DNA of 63,780 bases, counting the filler, from Bigelowiella natans CCMP2755 (lineage: Eukaryota; Protista; Cercozoa), in NCBI GenBank assembly GCA_000320545.1. It is 8 parts of 8 records of this genome, joined end to end, with 100 filler letters (N's around TTAATTAATTAA, not from the genome) between each part and the next. Parts side by side here need not be neighbours in the genome. Positions count along the whole stretch, not along the records: positions 18,178 to 28,352 come from ADNK01001642.1; positions 28,453 to 32,812 come from ADNK01003632.1; positions 32,913 to 47,813 come from ADNK01000302.1; 5 more parts are not named here. The stretch is one strand, 5' to 3'. The translations under genes and the position numbers were made by a program. Below, piece by piece: positions 24,178 to 37,413 of the stretch (positions are counted from its first letter, which is position 1; each line of letters starts with the position of its first letter). The notes below the pieces were generated by a model. That model had not been told where the DNA came from, did not search any database, and worked only from the letters and a program-made list of their open reading frames with translations.

Positions 24178-24978
24178 ATGTCAGATTTACCAGCTCCACC
24201 AGGGCTGTCGAAGAAGACAGCCTCCAAGAAAGGGGTAAGGCAGCGTCACACATGTAGCAAATCTAAGCGCTTTCACTGATTGGCAAACTGCCCACACGAT
24301 TCTCCTCATTCAGGCTGTTGATAACATCGGGAGACGAAAATGGGATATGACAGTGTATAATAAAAAAGCCAAGGATAATCTTGAAAGAGAGGAGAGAGAG
24401 GTCTTAGGCGGTGCGGACAAGGAGAGGCGCCTCACCGCACCAGTAAAACGAGATCCTCTCCGACGACGCTCAGAGGATCTCCAGCTACAAAAGAGGGTAG
24501 GCGAGAGAATGACAATCTCCTCTACAGCAGAGCTATCCGAGCAGGGGGGCTTTTACTGTAAAGTATGTGATTGCTTGCTCAAGGATTCGTCCACTTACTA
24601 CGGACATATCAACGGAAGGTGAGGACACATGCGCTCATCCGGATCTTATTTTATCCAACGCAACGCAATGATGTTTACTTCAGGAAACACCAGAGGGCTC
24701 TGGGGATGACGATGCGTGCAGAAAGAGCGACGCTTACCGAAGTCAAGGATCGTCTAGAGTTTCACAAGCGGAAACGCGATGAAGTGAAAGACAATGTTTT
24801 AGGGGTCGAAGAGAGGTTAAGAATGTACGACGCGCAGATGAAACGGGAAAAAAGGAAGAAGAAGAAGAAAAAGAAGGAGGAGGAGAAAGCTGCTGATGCA
24901 GAACTCACGGAGGAGCAGAAAGCAATGAAAGCAATGGGAATTAATATATCTTTTGGCGGAAGTAAAAAAAATACATGA
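24178..24978 (+). CDS. ZMAT2: Zinc finger matrin-type protein 2 / Snu23 (U4/U6.U5 tri-snRNP)
   Basis: Three exons: ...VDNIGRRKWD...GGFYCKVCDCLLKDSSTYYGHINGR|KHQRALGMTMRAERATLTEVKDRL...MKAMGINISFGGSKK. Confidence 0.95.
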
Positions 24979-25206
24979 AGCGATTATTAGAGCGTGTACA
25001 CAAGCATACGATATGCCGTTGCAGCTCATCGAAGTTACTCTCAGTGCTGTAGCCTCATCATCCTAGCATTATAAAAATACAATGAATTCTTCGCGCTAAC
25101 CACCACTATGCATATGTGTGGGCCGCACAGCTGTAAAAATCATATGTTTTATATTCGGCGTAGCGTAAGCGCCGCATATAGCAATGCATATGCACCGCCA
25201 AAATAC

Positions 25207-25229
25207 ATGAAAACAATGGGAATTGATAT

Positions 25230-25269
<40 letters not shown>

Positions 25270-25295
25270 ATTGGCGGAAGCAAGTGAAAATTTCA
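25207..25295 (+). pseudogene. Degenerate duplicate of the ZMAT2 3' end with an inserted (AT)n tract
   Basis: ATGAAAACAATGGGAATTGATATC..(AT)n..TTGGCGGAAGCAAG versus the gene at 24925-24965, ATGAAAGCAATGGGAATTAATATATCTTTTGGCGGAAGTAAA. Confidence 0.7.
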
Positions 25296-25789
25296 TTAAC
25301 ATGTAGCGGTAGATAAGCATTGCTAGATTGAGCTGTCGCGCCCGCTCCCGCGCCCTCGCTCGCATCGTAGCATGACTAGCTAGCGCTCTGATGTTCGTGC
25401 ACAATGTACGTATCAATGGCTTTTTGGTGTGCTCGTTAAAGACTTGGAGCGCGAAGCTACGGTAGATGCACATATCTAGATATTGTACGTAGTAGTTGTA
25501 GCGAGCACTAGCTAGTAGACTAGACTCGTAGAGCTATGCAGCTATAGCTTTCTATTAGGATCGATAGACTGTATTATATAGCATGTAATGATTTTGCATG
25601 CTAATATGACTGACTATATGAATTTATGGTACAACACGATCTTGACTTGATGTCAGGACGAACTATACGGGCAGCGTTCTCCACGATCGGCGCTGACGAT
25701 GACAGCTTCTGGGGATTAAAGGTGCGATTCGAGCCGCGATGTGGATTTCATTTGATACTGCTGCCGAGTCAGCACGTTGACCCGCTTTA

Positions 25790-28214
<2,425 letters not shown>

Positions 28215-29599
28215 ACCTGATATGCCTTTTTCTTAACATAATAGGAATGGTAGAGTTGTGTATCATGGGGCAGTACAGATAGTTTAATGACTATTATAAA
28301 GTCGGCTGGGAGGGTTTTAGAAATTTTAGTGGGTATGAACCGCTGTCAAAATNNNNNNNNNNNNNNNNNNNNNNNNNNNNNNNNNNNNNNNNNNNNTTAA
28401 TTAATTAANNNNNNNNNNNNNNNNNNNNNNNNNNNNNNNNNNNNNNNNNNNNTGCTTCATTTTGTGCACGCTGCAGGTGGTTGATCTGCCTCAGCTGCTC
28501 AATGCGTTGTGTGAACTCATTTGTCATTGATCGCTTGATGATGTCACTTGACTCATTTCTTTTCTCCTCAGGATCTCAAGAGAGATTCCGCTGGATGTCA
28601 GACATTGCAAGGGGGGGGGGGAGGGTGACTAAAAAAAGTTGCAATCTTGGTTGTGTGCTTGCGAGCGGTGTTGCAGGTAGTTGATCTACCTCAGCACCTT
28701 TGTTGCATGATTTGCACATGGCACTCTTGACTTGCAAATCATCTCGAGGCCGGGGGGGGGGGGGGGAAGTTGAAAAAAAAACATTTAAATCCCCTAACCC
28801 GTGTGTGTAGTTGTTCGACATCAATCACATCGACATCTAACGACATCAGAGGAGGACTGCGAAGGAACATCTCACCAAGAGCAGAGGGGATGGGAGGGAG
28901 GGTGAGCACATTCCATGATGCAGGATGCAGATGTGAGGGTTGGTGAGTGTCAAGCTGTGCCAATGGGCATGTGCATGGGCATGCAACTGTGCATGTGCAC
29001 ATTCGTGAAGAGAGAGCTGCAGGTACACAATGTGCCTCGGCTCACAGATGCACATGTTGTGTCTTCAGTCATTTGTTTGACACTGAATGACTGCAAGGAG
29101 AGGCTGGGGGGTGGGGTAGGGTTTCATTCATTGCAGGAAATGCAACAATGATGATCTCCACTTTTGTTGCGGACTGTGTGTGAACATGAAGGATGGCTTC
29201 ATCGTGCTTTCATTGTGGAAAGCACGATGCATTGAGCGTGGCTGTTGGTTGTCATCATCATTAGGTGAGGTTGCATTCGTGCAACACCATCCATGGATGA
29301 TGATGACATGAGAGCTAGGGACTTAGGGAATGTGCTCGTGTGACAGACAGCATGATGACGTGAAGGTCAGCTTCATCCTTCATGTTTTCGAGTGTGCACA
29401 CATTGTGGTGTCAAATCATCGAAGTAGATCAACATGTCATCTGGTTGTCGAATCTGCAGATGGTGGATCATCATTCTTCTTGACAAATCCACATTTCTCA
29501 CAAGTCGAATCTCCATTTTCAATGTTTTCTTTTCAATCATTTCTCATTGACAAGGTTGCACATGAGCATGAATGTCTGTGAGTTTTGTGTGAAATTGTT

Positions 29600-31260
29600 C
29601 TGCTAATTTGTGAAGGACTGGATGGAGTGAGAGCGATGCGTCTCTCATGCGGTGATTGTGTGAATGTGATTCATGACCATCACGTTGCGCCTCTTAGCAA
29701 AACTTTGCAATGTGCAGACAAAGGCATTGAGATTTCGTTGAGGCCGTTCTTCGGAGCATCACTGACGGAGGTGCATGCTCTTCTCACAATTGAGCTTGAG
29801 AGTCACATGTTCGTGTGTGTGCTTTCAACTGAACGCTTCATTTGCAATTTTCATGTTCATGGTGATCACTTAGGAGTCACACGGGATCTGCAATTTGGAA
29901 ACACAATCAGTGAATGAAGTGGAGGTAGGACGGACGTCTCCATTCTGTTCTCTGCTCTTTTGTTGATTGTCATCTGTGTGCATTGGCGTCCCACACAGGT
30001 GACCGTGCTCACAGAATGGTCGTGGGAGAAAGCCATGGTCATCACACATGACCACACCGAAATTCTTCATTGTCACAATTGCATGATGTTGATTGCATTG
30101 ACATCATTTGATCTAGAGTCGCGTCACTTGTTAGTCGGTGATGTTGCTGTGAGTGTCGTGCTTCGATTGTTCGATGGCATCACTCACGGTGTTCGTTTGT
30201 TCAACAGCGCTGAACAATTGGTCTCTCAGGATGTCCTTTTCTTCCGCGCAAGCGACTGTTTTTGAGAGCTCACGTGGTTCGTTTCCGACACCAGCCGGTG
30301 CGGACCACAATTGCTTGATCTCGGTGTTGATGTTGACCCTTGCCAATTGACCTTCAACTGGTCGGAATTGACAGGAGGACCATGAACATTGACATCGAAT
30401 GACGGGGACATCTCCAAGGTGATTGCTTTGATTTTGTTCGATGCAACATTCTTCTTCCGCAAGAAGGCGCTTGCGTCAAACCCCCATTCCTTGGGCCAAG
30501 TCGTGAGTTCACCGTCGTTCAACATCCTTGTGCAGGTCGGCTGGGGCTTGCGAGCGGAAAGGACGCTGCAACCCTGCAGGTGCACCGGATGTGCAATGAT
30601 GCATGGAGATTTCGACACCGGAGGTGTTGTCAGCACCTCCGTGATTTTGTTGCCCATTTTCGCATCGTGTGTTTGCGGTCGCATGCCCGCACATCACAAT
30701 CATGATTGCGGCACTGTCGGGATGAAAAAATGCACGCATGCGTCGTGAATCGGTGCATGATTCTCAATTGCAACCCCGTGATGCAAATCGCGCTTGTCAC
30801 AGTGCTGGCATGAGGTTGTCAATGATTGCTTTGTTGTCAGGTAGCCGCGATTTGCCACTGACGTTCCGGGCATTGCAGGCCGCAGCGAACGCAGGTTGGC
30901 ATGGTGTTCCTTGGAATCAATTTCGTTTTCGATTTGTTTGCATTTTCATGAAAATTTGTGCATTTGAATTGAGCATGGTGCAAGCAAGTGCGAGAGATTT
31001 GCAAATCGTCTCACTGTCACACAGTGTGCGCATCTTGGATTCACTTTTCAGTGCACATTCTTGAATCGCATTTCTGCATGCTGGACTGTCGTTTTGTCGT
31101 GTGTGTCACTCACTCATTCCCTGCAATTGTTGCAGCATGGGAGAGCATGGTGGTTCAGCTGCTTGTCGCAATCCACCATTCTCCGATGTGCACAATGTTC
31201 TGATGCTGCGGTTGTGCTCTCAAGGTTCGCAAATCTTTCCTTGATCTGTTCAGATCTGGG
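29600..31260 (-). pseudogene. Possible decayed Helitron-like Rep N-terminal region
   Basis: Frameshifted fragments occur in an order resembling Helitron2/DUF6570-type RepHel: LPCCNNCRE...PRCAHCVTVRRFANL...FLPRPFCEHG...VRPTSTSFTDCVSKLQIPCD...AFVCTLQSFAKRRNV (reading C/H as former Y). Pattern recall only. Confidence 0.3.
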
Positions 31261-31926
31261 TGAGACTGTTTTTTTTTTTTTTTTTTTTTTTTGGATTGTT
31301 GTGGTGTTTGTTTCAGGGAAGAACAGTGTCCCGCTGTTTCGTTTCATGGCACATGCCTGGGATGGGAATCTTGCCAGGGAACAAGGGGCAATTTGATCAT
31401 GGCAACAACTTTTTGGTTGCAAGTGGTTGCAATTTCATTTTCGAGTTTCAATCAGATCACAACAACTTTGTGGTCATGATTCCACTTTCGTGTTTGCTGG
31501 GGAACATTTCAATTTCGTTTTCGTTCTTGTTGGCCATTTGTTCCTTGTTGCAGTTGGTCGATTTGACTTTTTTTTTGAGTTTTGCCCCTCTGTCAAGTCG
31601 TTTTGCTTGGTTGCAAATTTTTTTTTTTCACTTTTGAGTGATGGGCAAGTGTTCTTCGTTTTGTTCCAACACAGATTCACTCTTTCCAGACTGGTTGGAT
31701 TTTCGGTGCACCAGCACTCACCGATCCGACCATCACTGACCAAGTTCGCATCGTGGCACCTTCAAACCAGTTCTTCGAGACTGAACTGTTTGAACCATTG
31801 TTTTTCTTTGGGCGCAACTGTGCGGCGGAAGCCGCGCAGGCTCATGACCTGTTGGAAGCAGAGGGCGGCGCGCTGCAGAGTGCAGGCTGGCAGCAAAGTT
31901 GGATGAAGGAAGGAAGGGCAGGAGGA

Positions 31927-32778
31927 CAGCTGCACAAGCGGCTGCCTCGATTCTCTTGTTGACGCACAACGTGGCTTTTCATGCACGACTCAATGATCAG
32001 GCAAAATCACCTGAAACCAACTTGTGCTGCTGGTTGCTTGTCGCAGCTGGAGAACGCCGCAACATTGCTTTGTCGCTGCTGCTGCAACCACGAGCACGCA
32101 CTTCCTGCTCTCGAGTGCAAAGCACTCCAACGTTTGCTTCTGCAACTTTGTTTTTGCACATCCTGTGGATGTTCACGTCACCTGTGGATGCATGCCCTCC
32201 CCACGTGACCATCTTCGTTCCCCTCCCCCCCCCCTCTCCCTCCGCGCACCTTGCACCCCAGCCGTGGGTGCTTGTCACGGGCATCAGATTTGAGGAAGAC
32301 GCGCCCACTTCCTTTGCTGGCACATGGCTGATGCAGCACTGTCCTGCCTTGTCGCAGGCACAGAACCTGCCTGCATTGGCAGCCCGTTCTGCACTGCTTG
32401 TCGCAGCCTGCAAACGCCCGCCGGCGTTGCCACTGCTGCCACAAGCATGCACTTCGCGCATTGAGTGCAAAGCACTCCAACACGCTGCCCTTTCCTTCAA
32501 TTTGCTGTGCAGCAAATTGCGAAGTGCAACACACGGGCGATGTGTTGTCACCGCGTGCTCCAGGACAGAAAAGGTGACCAAGCGCATCGTTGAAAACTGT
32601 CCTGGCAAGCGTGCCAGAGCCAGAGCAGACAAAAACAACGGCCATTCCTTCTGCAGCACGATGTCATGCATGCAGTTTCAGGTGATTTCGCCTGATGACA
32701 GTTGACTTGGCGCATGCATGCGAAAAAGGTCAAAACATCATCAGAGAATCGAGGCAGCCGCTTGTGCACACGCAGCTG
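31927..32778. mobile_element. Non-autonomous TIR element (MITE-like), ~850 bp
   Basis: Perfect 26-bp inverted repeat TGCACAAGCGGCTGCCTCGATTCTCT at 31931-31956 / 32743-32768. A second 22-bp inverted segment at 31996-32017 / 32675-32696 has 1 mismatch. Internal direct repeats GAGTGCAAAGCACTCCAAC lie at 32113 and 32463. Confidence 0.8.
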
Positions 32779-33019
32779 TGTCAGCGTACTACGACGCGAG
32801 CACAAGTCACGGNNNNNNNNNNNNNNNNNNNNNNNNNNNNNNNNNNNNNNNNNNNNTTAATTAATTAANNNNNNNNNNNNNNNNNNNNNNNNNNNNNNNN
32901 NNNNNNNNNNNNGTCAACACGGCTTGTAGAGCTGCTCATCAGCTTCGCGTTGTAAAAATATGTTGTTTTCATACATTACATAGCTACAATAGACACTTCG
33001 TATTTACTAATATGTATAC

Positions 33020-33088
<69 letters not shown>

Positions 33089-33186
33089 AGAGAGAGAGAG
33101 AGAGAGAGAGTTTTTGGCGGTAATTAACTAGATACAGCATGATCAAAATAAAATTGTAACTACATTTTTATTAATTTCAAATACAT

Positions 33187-33852
33187 TCACAAGTCACGAA
33201 TCAGCATGGGATGGTTTTCTAGGTCTAGAGTCAATTTTAAGAGCTTTGCGACGTTGTATCTTAATTCATTGAATTTATCGGCATTCACTTCAAACGTGCG
33301 TACCTTTCCATCAGAGAGGGTCAGCCTAAGAATCACCGTCGGGCGGAACACCCTGGAGAGTGAAGTTGTTGAAATCGTAACGTCCACCCTCCACTTCATT
33401 GCATCCAATGTTGGTAATGCTAAGGCTTTCGATTCATTTTTCATGACACTTTGAAGAACGGCTCGGCGATTTCGGTATGCTGCCGTGAGGACGTTGGCGA
33501 AGGGCTCGGGCATCATTTTGCCCACATCGTTTCCAAAGACTTTCTCCTCGATGTTCTGCCGCACAGCCGTGCGTAGAATCAGTACATTTCCCAAGAATGC
33601 ATTCTTGGCAGGGGTGGATAGCGCCAACGCCTCGGCCACCTCAGGAGATATGGACCCCTCTGTGAGTGCATGAATCGAGTGCGCAACTGTCTTTTTGTAG
33701 TGCTTCAAGGGAAGTTTCTCCTCCGAGAGAGCTCGACACATGGTACGGATTTGCTTCACAGAGCTCCTATCTATAAAAAGCGAATTCCAGGTCTCTGCTT
33801 TGCTCTGAGCGAGAGCCTTCTTTCCAAAGCGACTTTGCCTCTTCGCCGCCAT
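33187..33852 (-). CDS. COMMD5: COMM domain-containing protein 5
   Basis: C-terminal LPTLDAMKWRVDVTISTTSLSRVFRPTVILRLTLSDGKVRTFEVNADKFNELRYNVAKLLK is a COMMD5-type COMM domain. Likely start MAAKRQ at 33852; intronless. Confidence 0.9.
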   Translation of the reverse strand: MAAKRQSRFGKKALAQSKAETWNSLFIDRSSVKQIRTMCRALSEEKLPLKHYKKTVAHSIHALTEGSISPEVAEALALSTPAKNAFLGNVLILRTAVRQNIEEKVFGNDVGKMMPEPFANVLTAAYRNRRAVLQSVMKNESKALALPTLDAMKWRVDVTISTTSLSRVFRPTVILRLTLSDGKVRTFEVNADKFNELRYNVAKLLKLTLDLENHPMLIRDL

Positions 33853-34326
33853 TGCCAAGCTGCTGCTGCTGCTGCTGGGGCAGATCTGAATTGTAGGACA
33901 CGAAAAAGAAAGAATGCAGGGGATTTTGTACAGATTTAATGTCTTTTTCAGGAATTTTCGAAATAATTCTAACATTAAAAAATCGGGAATCATCAACCAA
34001 CCCGCTCTTGAACTAAAAATCTGCATCCCCGTAAAGCAAGGATTCTCCAGAATCTTCTTCTCTTCTCGAAAGGGAAGCCGAGAGGCAGCGAGCGCCGATT
34101 GAGCCGGAGACATCTGATCATATTTGATCTAAATTTAGCCATGGGAAGTGGCATGGTTCAGCTTTCTTATTACCAACGTATTTTTCATTGTTCAAACGAT
34201 ATTATTTATGGTGGAGTATGTGTAAATTTAATAAAATGACCTCCATTTTATATATGCGACAACGAAATTGAACACACTCCATTAAATCCATTCTTCCGCC
34301 GTTGGACCTCCCCCCATACAGGAAGA

Positions 34327-35705
34327 ATGGCGATCACCTTTCTCCTCCTAGCCTTGGCGGCAGCGTTTCCATTCGCCAAGACACACTCGGTCGCGCGAAC
34401 ACAGAACTACGTCAAGGGATCGTCCCTGAATCGGTGAGTATGAGTGATTCCAAGGCTTCGATATTCGATGATGAACAACACGACGGCTTCTCTTGTGTGA
34501 TGCCGAACGGGGAGACGCCTTCGCATAGAAATGTCACATGCTGTACACACCAATTCAATAACATTGTCCAATCAAGAGAGATGGCATGGCGATGCCTAAG
34601 TTTTCCTCATTCCACTCGTTCTTCCCGCCAATGTGTGGTAGGGTATGTGGCCAAGCTATAGCTGTTTGTAGCGACTCTTGGCTTCTGTGCAATTGATTTG
34701 TCTTTTTCTTCTTCTACTTTCTCCCATTCCGTCACTTTAGAATAAGTCTACGGCCTTCCATCTCTGTTCCATACACACGTAAGGCAATTACTACGAGAAG
34801 GTGCACGCAGACATGCCCCTTGGAGAGTAAATAAGAGCGAAGCAGTTTTCCTTTTTTTTCCCTCGATGGATTTCGTGAGAGAAGGAGATGGGTAGATCTC
34901 TATCTATGCTTATGATATCACATCTCAGTTAACGGCAAAGAAATTCCATAGCACCCTTGTTTACGTGCTAAGTCAGTATTGCTAACATCGGGTCCGTGCA
35001 TCCGTGCATACTTCTTCATCCGCATAGGTTGGAGCTTCGCTATCCAGAAAACCGTCTTCACTTGGTGCAAGCCTCGGATGCTGCCCTTCCTGCTTCTTCA
35101 GATGCAGCAGGACTTCCTTCCGAATCATCAAAAAACATCAGTACGCGGTATTGGCCAAAAAGAAATGAACTATACACACTGCGTTCATCTTACCTTCTAT
35201 TATGCTCTGTGCTTAGACCAATGACAATTAAGGGTCGAATCATCAACTTCCTAACGGGGGGCGGGAAGCTAGATAGGGTGAGTAATTTATCACTATTATA
35301 CCACTACGTACCTGCACAATAGAGGTATTCCAGTAACGATCGACCTTTGTAAGCATATGATGCAACAATCGATATCAACATGACTGTTCTTCCAGCAAAA
35401 GATGGCAGCTCTCGGCCTCGGATGCCTGCTCTCCTATGGATTTGTTTCCAATATTAACGTAAGTAGAAAAATAATGGACAGTTTATTACGGGGGGGAGGG
35501 AAACTGGAAGGTAGTAAAGCTCCGGGAAAACCCCAATCTACACGCTCAGGTCGGCATATTGACGGCAATTGCATGGGCGTCCTTTTCCACACAAACTGGA
35601 CTTTCGCCTCTTGAGCCAGGGCAATGGCCCAAATTCGTCGCCGTCCAGGTGAATTGAAAAGGCGATGTTATGCATATGCAACTTAGTATTTGTGTGTGCG
35701 TGTGC

Positions 35706-35737
<32 letters not shown>

Positions 35738-36334
35738 GAGCACGTTTTTTTCCAAGTGGAATGCCCATCCATGCCTATGCATACAGTTATCTAGGCATGC
35801 ATATAACCCATTCTTATTCACTAGCGCTGCACACAAGTGAAGACTTGTTGTCAAGAAGATAGATGGTACTAACTATGTTGTCTGTACCCACTGAAAGGTT
35901 GGATTATATGCGGTGATTGGCAACTTACTTCGGCCATTTCGCCTCGCACTTGCAGTGTCAATTTCGCCCTTCTTCAACAAATTTATCGAGCTGGTGCAGA
36001 GGCGCCTTCGAGTTACGTATTTACACAAATTGAGAAGACTCGGATAGAAATGATCAAACAACGGCGAGAGATTGAGGATGAGGGACTGGGGAGTGGAGAA
36101 AAGATATTATTTTCCAGAGCATGCAAGTGCCTTAAAAAGTAGCACAAACGCACAATCTTCGTTTGTGAATTTGATTTTTCATATACAAATCAGGTTTCGC
36201 GAGCTGCGGCGATATTCTTAAATGTGCTTCTGTTTAACTTCATCATAAATATTTCTTTTATGGTGTCGGGCATATGGGTCGCAAGCAAGGTCATCTGAAC
36301 CGATATACTTCACAGAGTTCTGTTCAAATATAAA

Positions 36335-36366
<32 letters not shown>

Positions 36367-36564
36367 GTGTGTGTGTGGATATAAAATACATATATCTTTT
36401 GTATATGCATGTGTGCGCCGTGACGTCTTAATTGAAACCATGGACATCATTGTATCTCGCCGTCAAATGTTGATTTGTTCCTTCAGGTTTCTGGCATTCC
36501 CGCTATTCCAGCAGGACATCCTTTGGATCTGTGGGCAAAGTTTTCCCCTGCGATCGGGAGTTGA
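34327..36564 (+). CDS. Plastid-targeted membrane protein, FAM210/DUF1279-like
   Basis: Signal peptide MAITFLLLALAAAFPFA, then exons KMAALGLGCLLSYGFVSNIN / VGILTAIAWASFSTQTGLSPLEPGQWPKFVAVQ / VGLYAVIGNLLRPFRLALAVSISPFFNKFIELVQRRL / ...FSPAIGS*. Confidence 0.7.
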
Positions 36565-36875
36565 TACTCACACTTTTAGGGTTAATTAGATGTAGGATAA
36601 TATGCCCAGGGTCGAAGTGGAGCAGCACACATGTAGTGTCGCCGAGTTTAGCGACAGCAGCGCGCGAATTTATTCGAAGATCTAAAGATAGAGGTGCATA
36701 ATATACTTATCGCGAAATATCCAACCAAGTTCTATGTAGTAGCAGCAGCGCACCCGCCGTGCTCAGGATTCTAGAAGTGTGCATGTGTTGCTCGATCGTT
36801 AATCAATGTGTTCCATGGGAGGTGATTGTTGTTCAATCTATGAGTTGCGTGTGTCAGCGTGCAGCATAAAAGCAA

Positions 36876-37335
36876 TATATGTGAGACGGATGTAATGAAT
36901 CGGTTGAATCTTTCCAATGGACATCCTAATGTAGCTATGCAAAGCAGCGGCTACAGCAAAAGCTATGTGTGTATAGCTATAGCAGTGCAAGCCAAAGCTT
37001 CATAAAAGTCTGCTATGTAAATCCACTTCACATGTACCTCCAAGCTCATGTGTACCACAAATCAGCGCACACATGAACAAATTTATCCATGTGTACATCG
37101 CATTTGACAATTGTCAATTAAGCACACGTGTCGTGACTTGTTTGGTGCATCTAGACATGTGTGGATGTGAAAAGAACACACATCGTGACGTGCCTTTCAA
37201 TTTCACATTCACAAAACATGGTGCGTTGTGATGTGTTTTGCGCGGCCACAGCGGGTACACACACATGAGACGGATGCAATATAATGTTCAAATTTTATTT
37301 TTTCAATTGTCATCCTGATGTAGCCATGCAATGCA
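36876..37335. repeat. Copies 2 (36876-36957) and 3 (37259-37335) of the dispersed ~85-bp repeat
   Basis: TGAGACGGATG[T/C]AAT...CATCCT[A/G]ATGTAGC[TA/CA]TGC is shared with 1479-1560. Confidence 0.85.
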
Positions 37336-37375
37336 CGTAGCGTGTCTGCCAGAGCTTGTTGTGATCAGCTAGGAG

Positions 37376-37413
<38 letters not shown>

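Larger units (their letters stand above)
28453..32812. mobile_element. TpA-depleted contig of degenerate transposon-like DNA
   Basis: Near-absence of TA, many overlapping Tyr-free Cys/His-rich ORFs in all frames, an internal TIR element and short duplications. No intact host gene. Confidence 0.7.

Noticed and set aside
31899-32705. Long overlapping ORFs (268, 224 and 155 aa) as real genes
   Set aside because: They lie inside a TIR element, contain no Tyr, and are explained by loss of TAA/TAG stops.
28453-32812. CpG-methylation decay or RIP as the cause of the TG/CA excess
   Set aside because: CpG is plentiful here (e.g. GCGGCGGAAGCCGCGC at ~31822) and TA is the missing dinucleotide. RIP would increase TA.
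33853-34113. N-terminal extension of the 308-aa COMMD5 ORF
   Set aside because: COMMD5 proteins are about 220 aa. The upstream part looks like UTR/promoter sequence, and the start at 33852 fits better.
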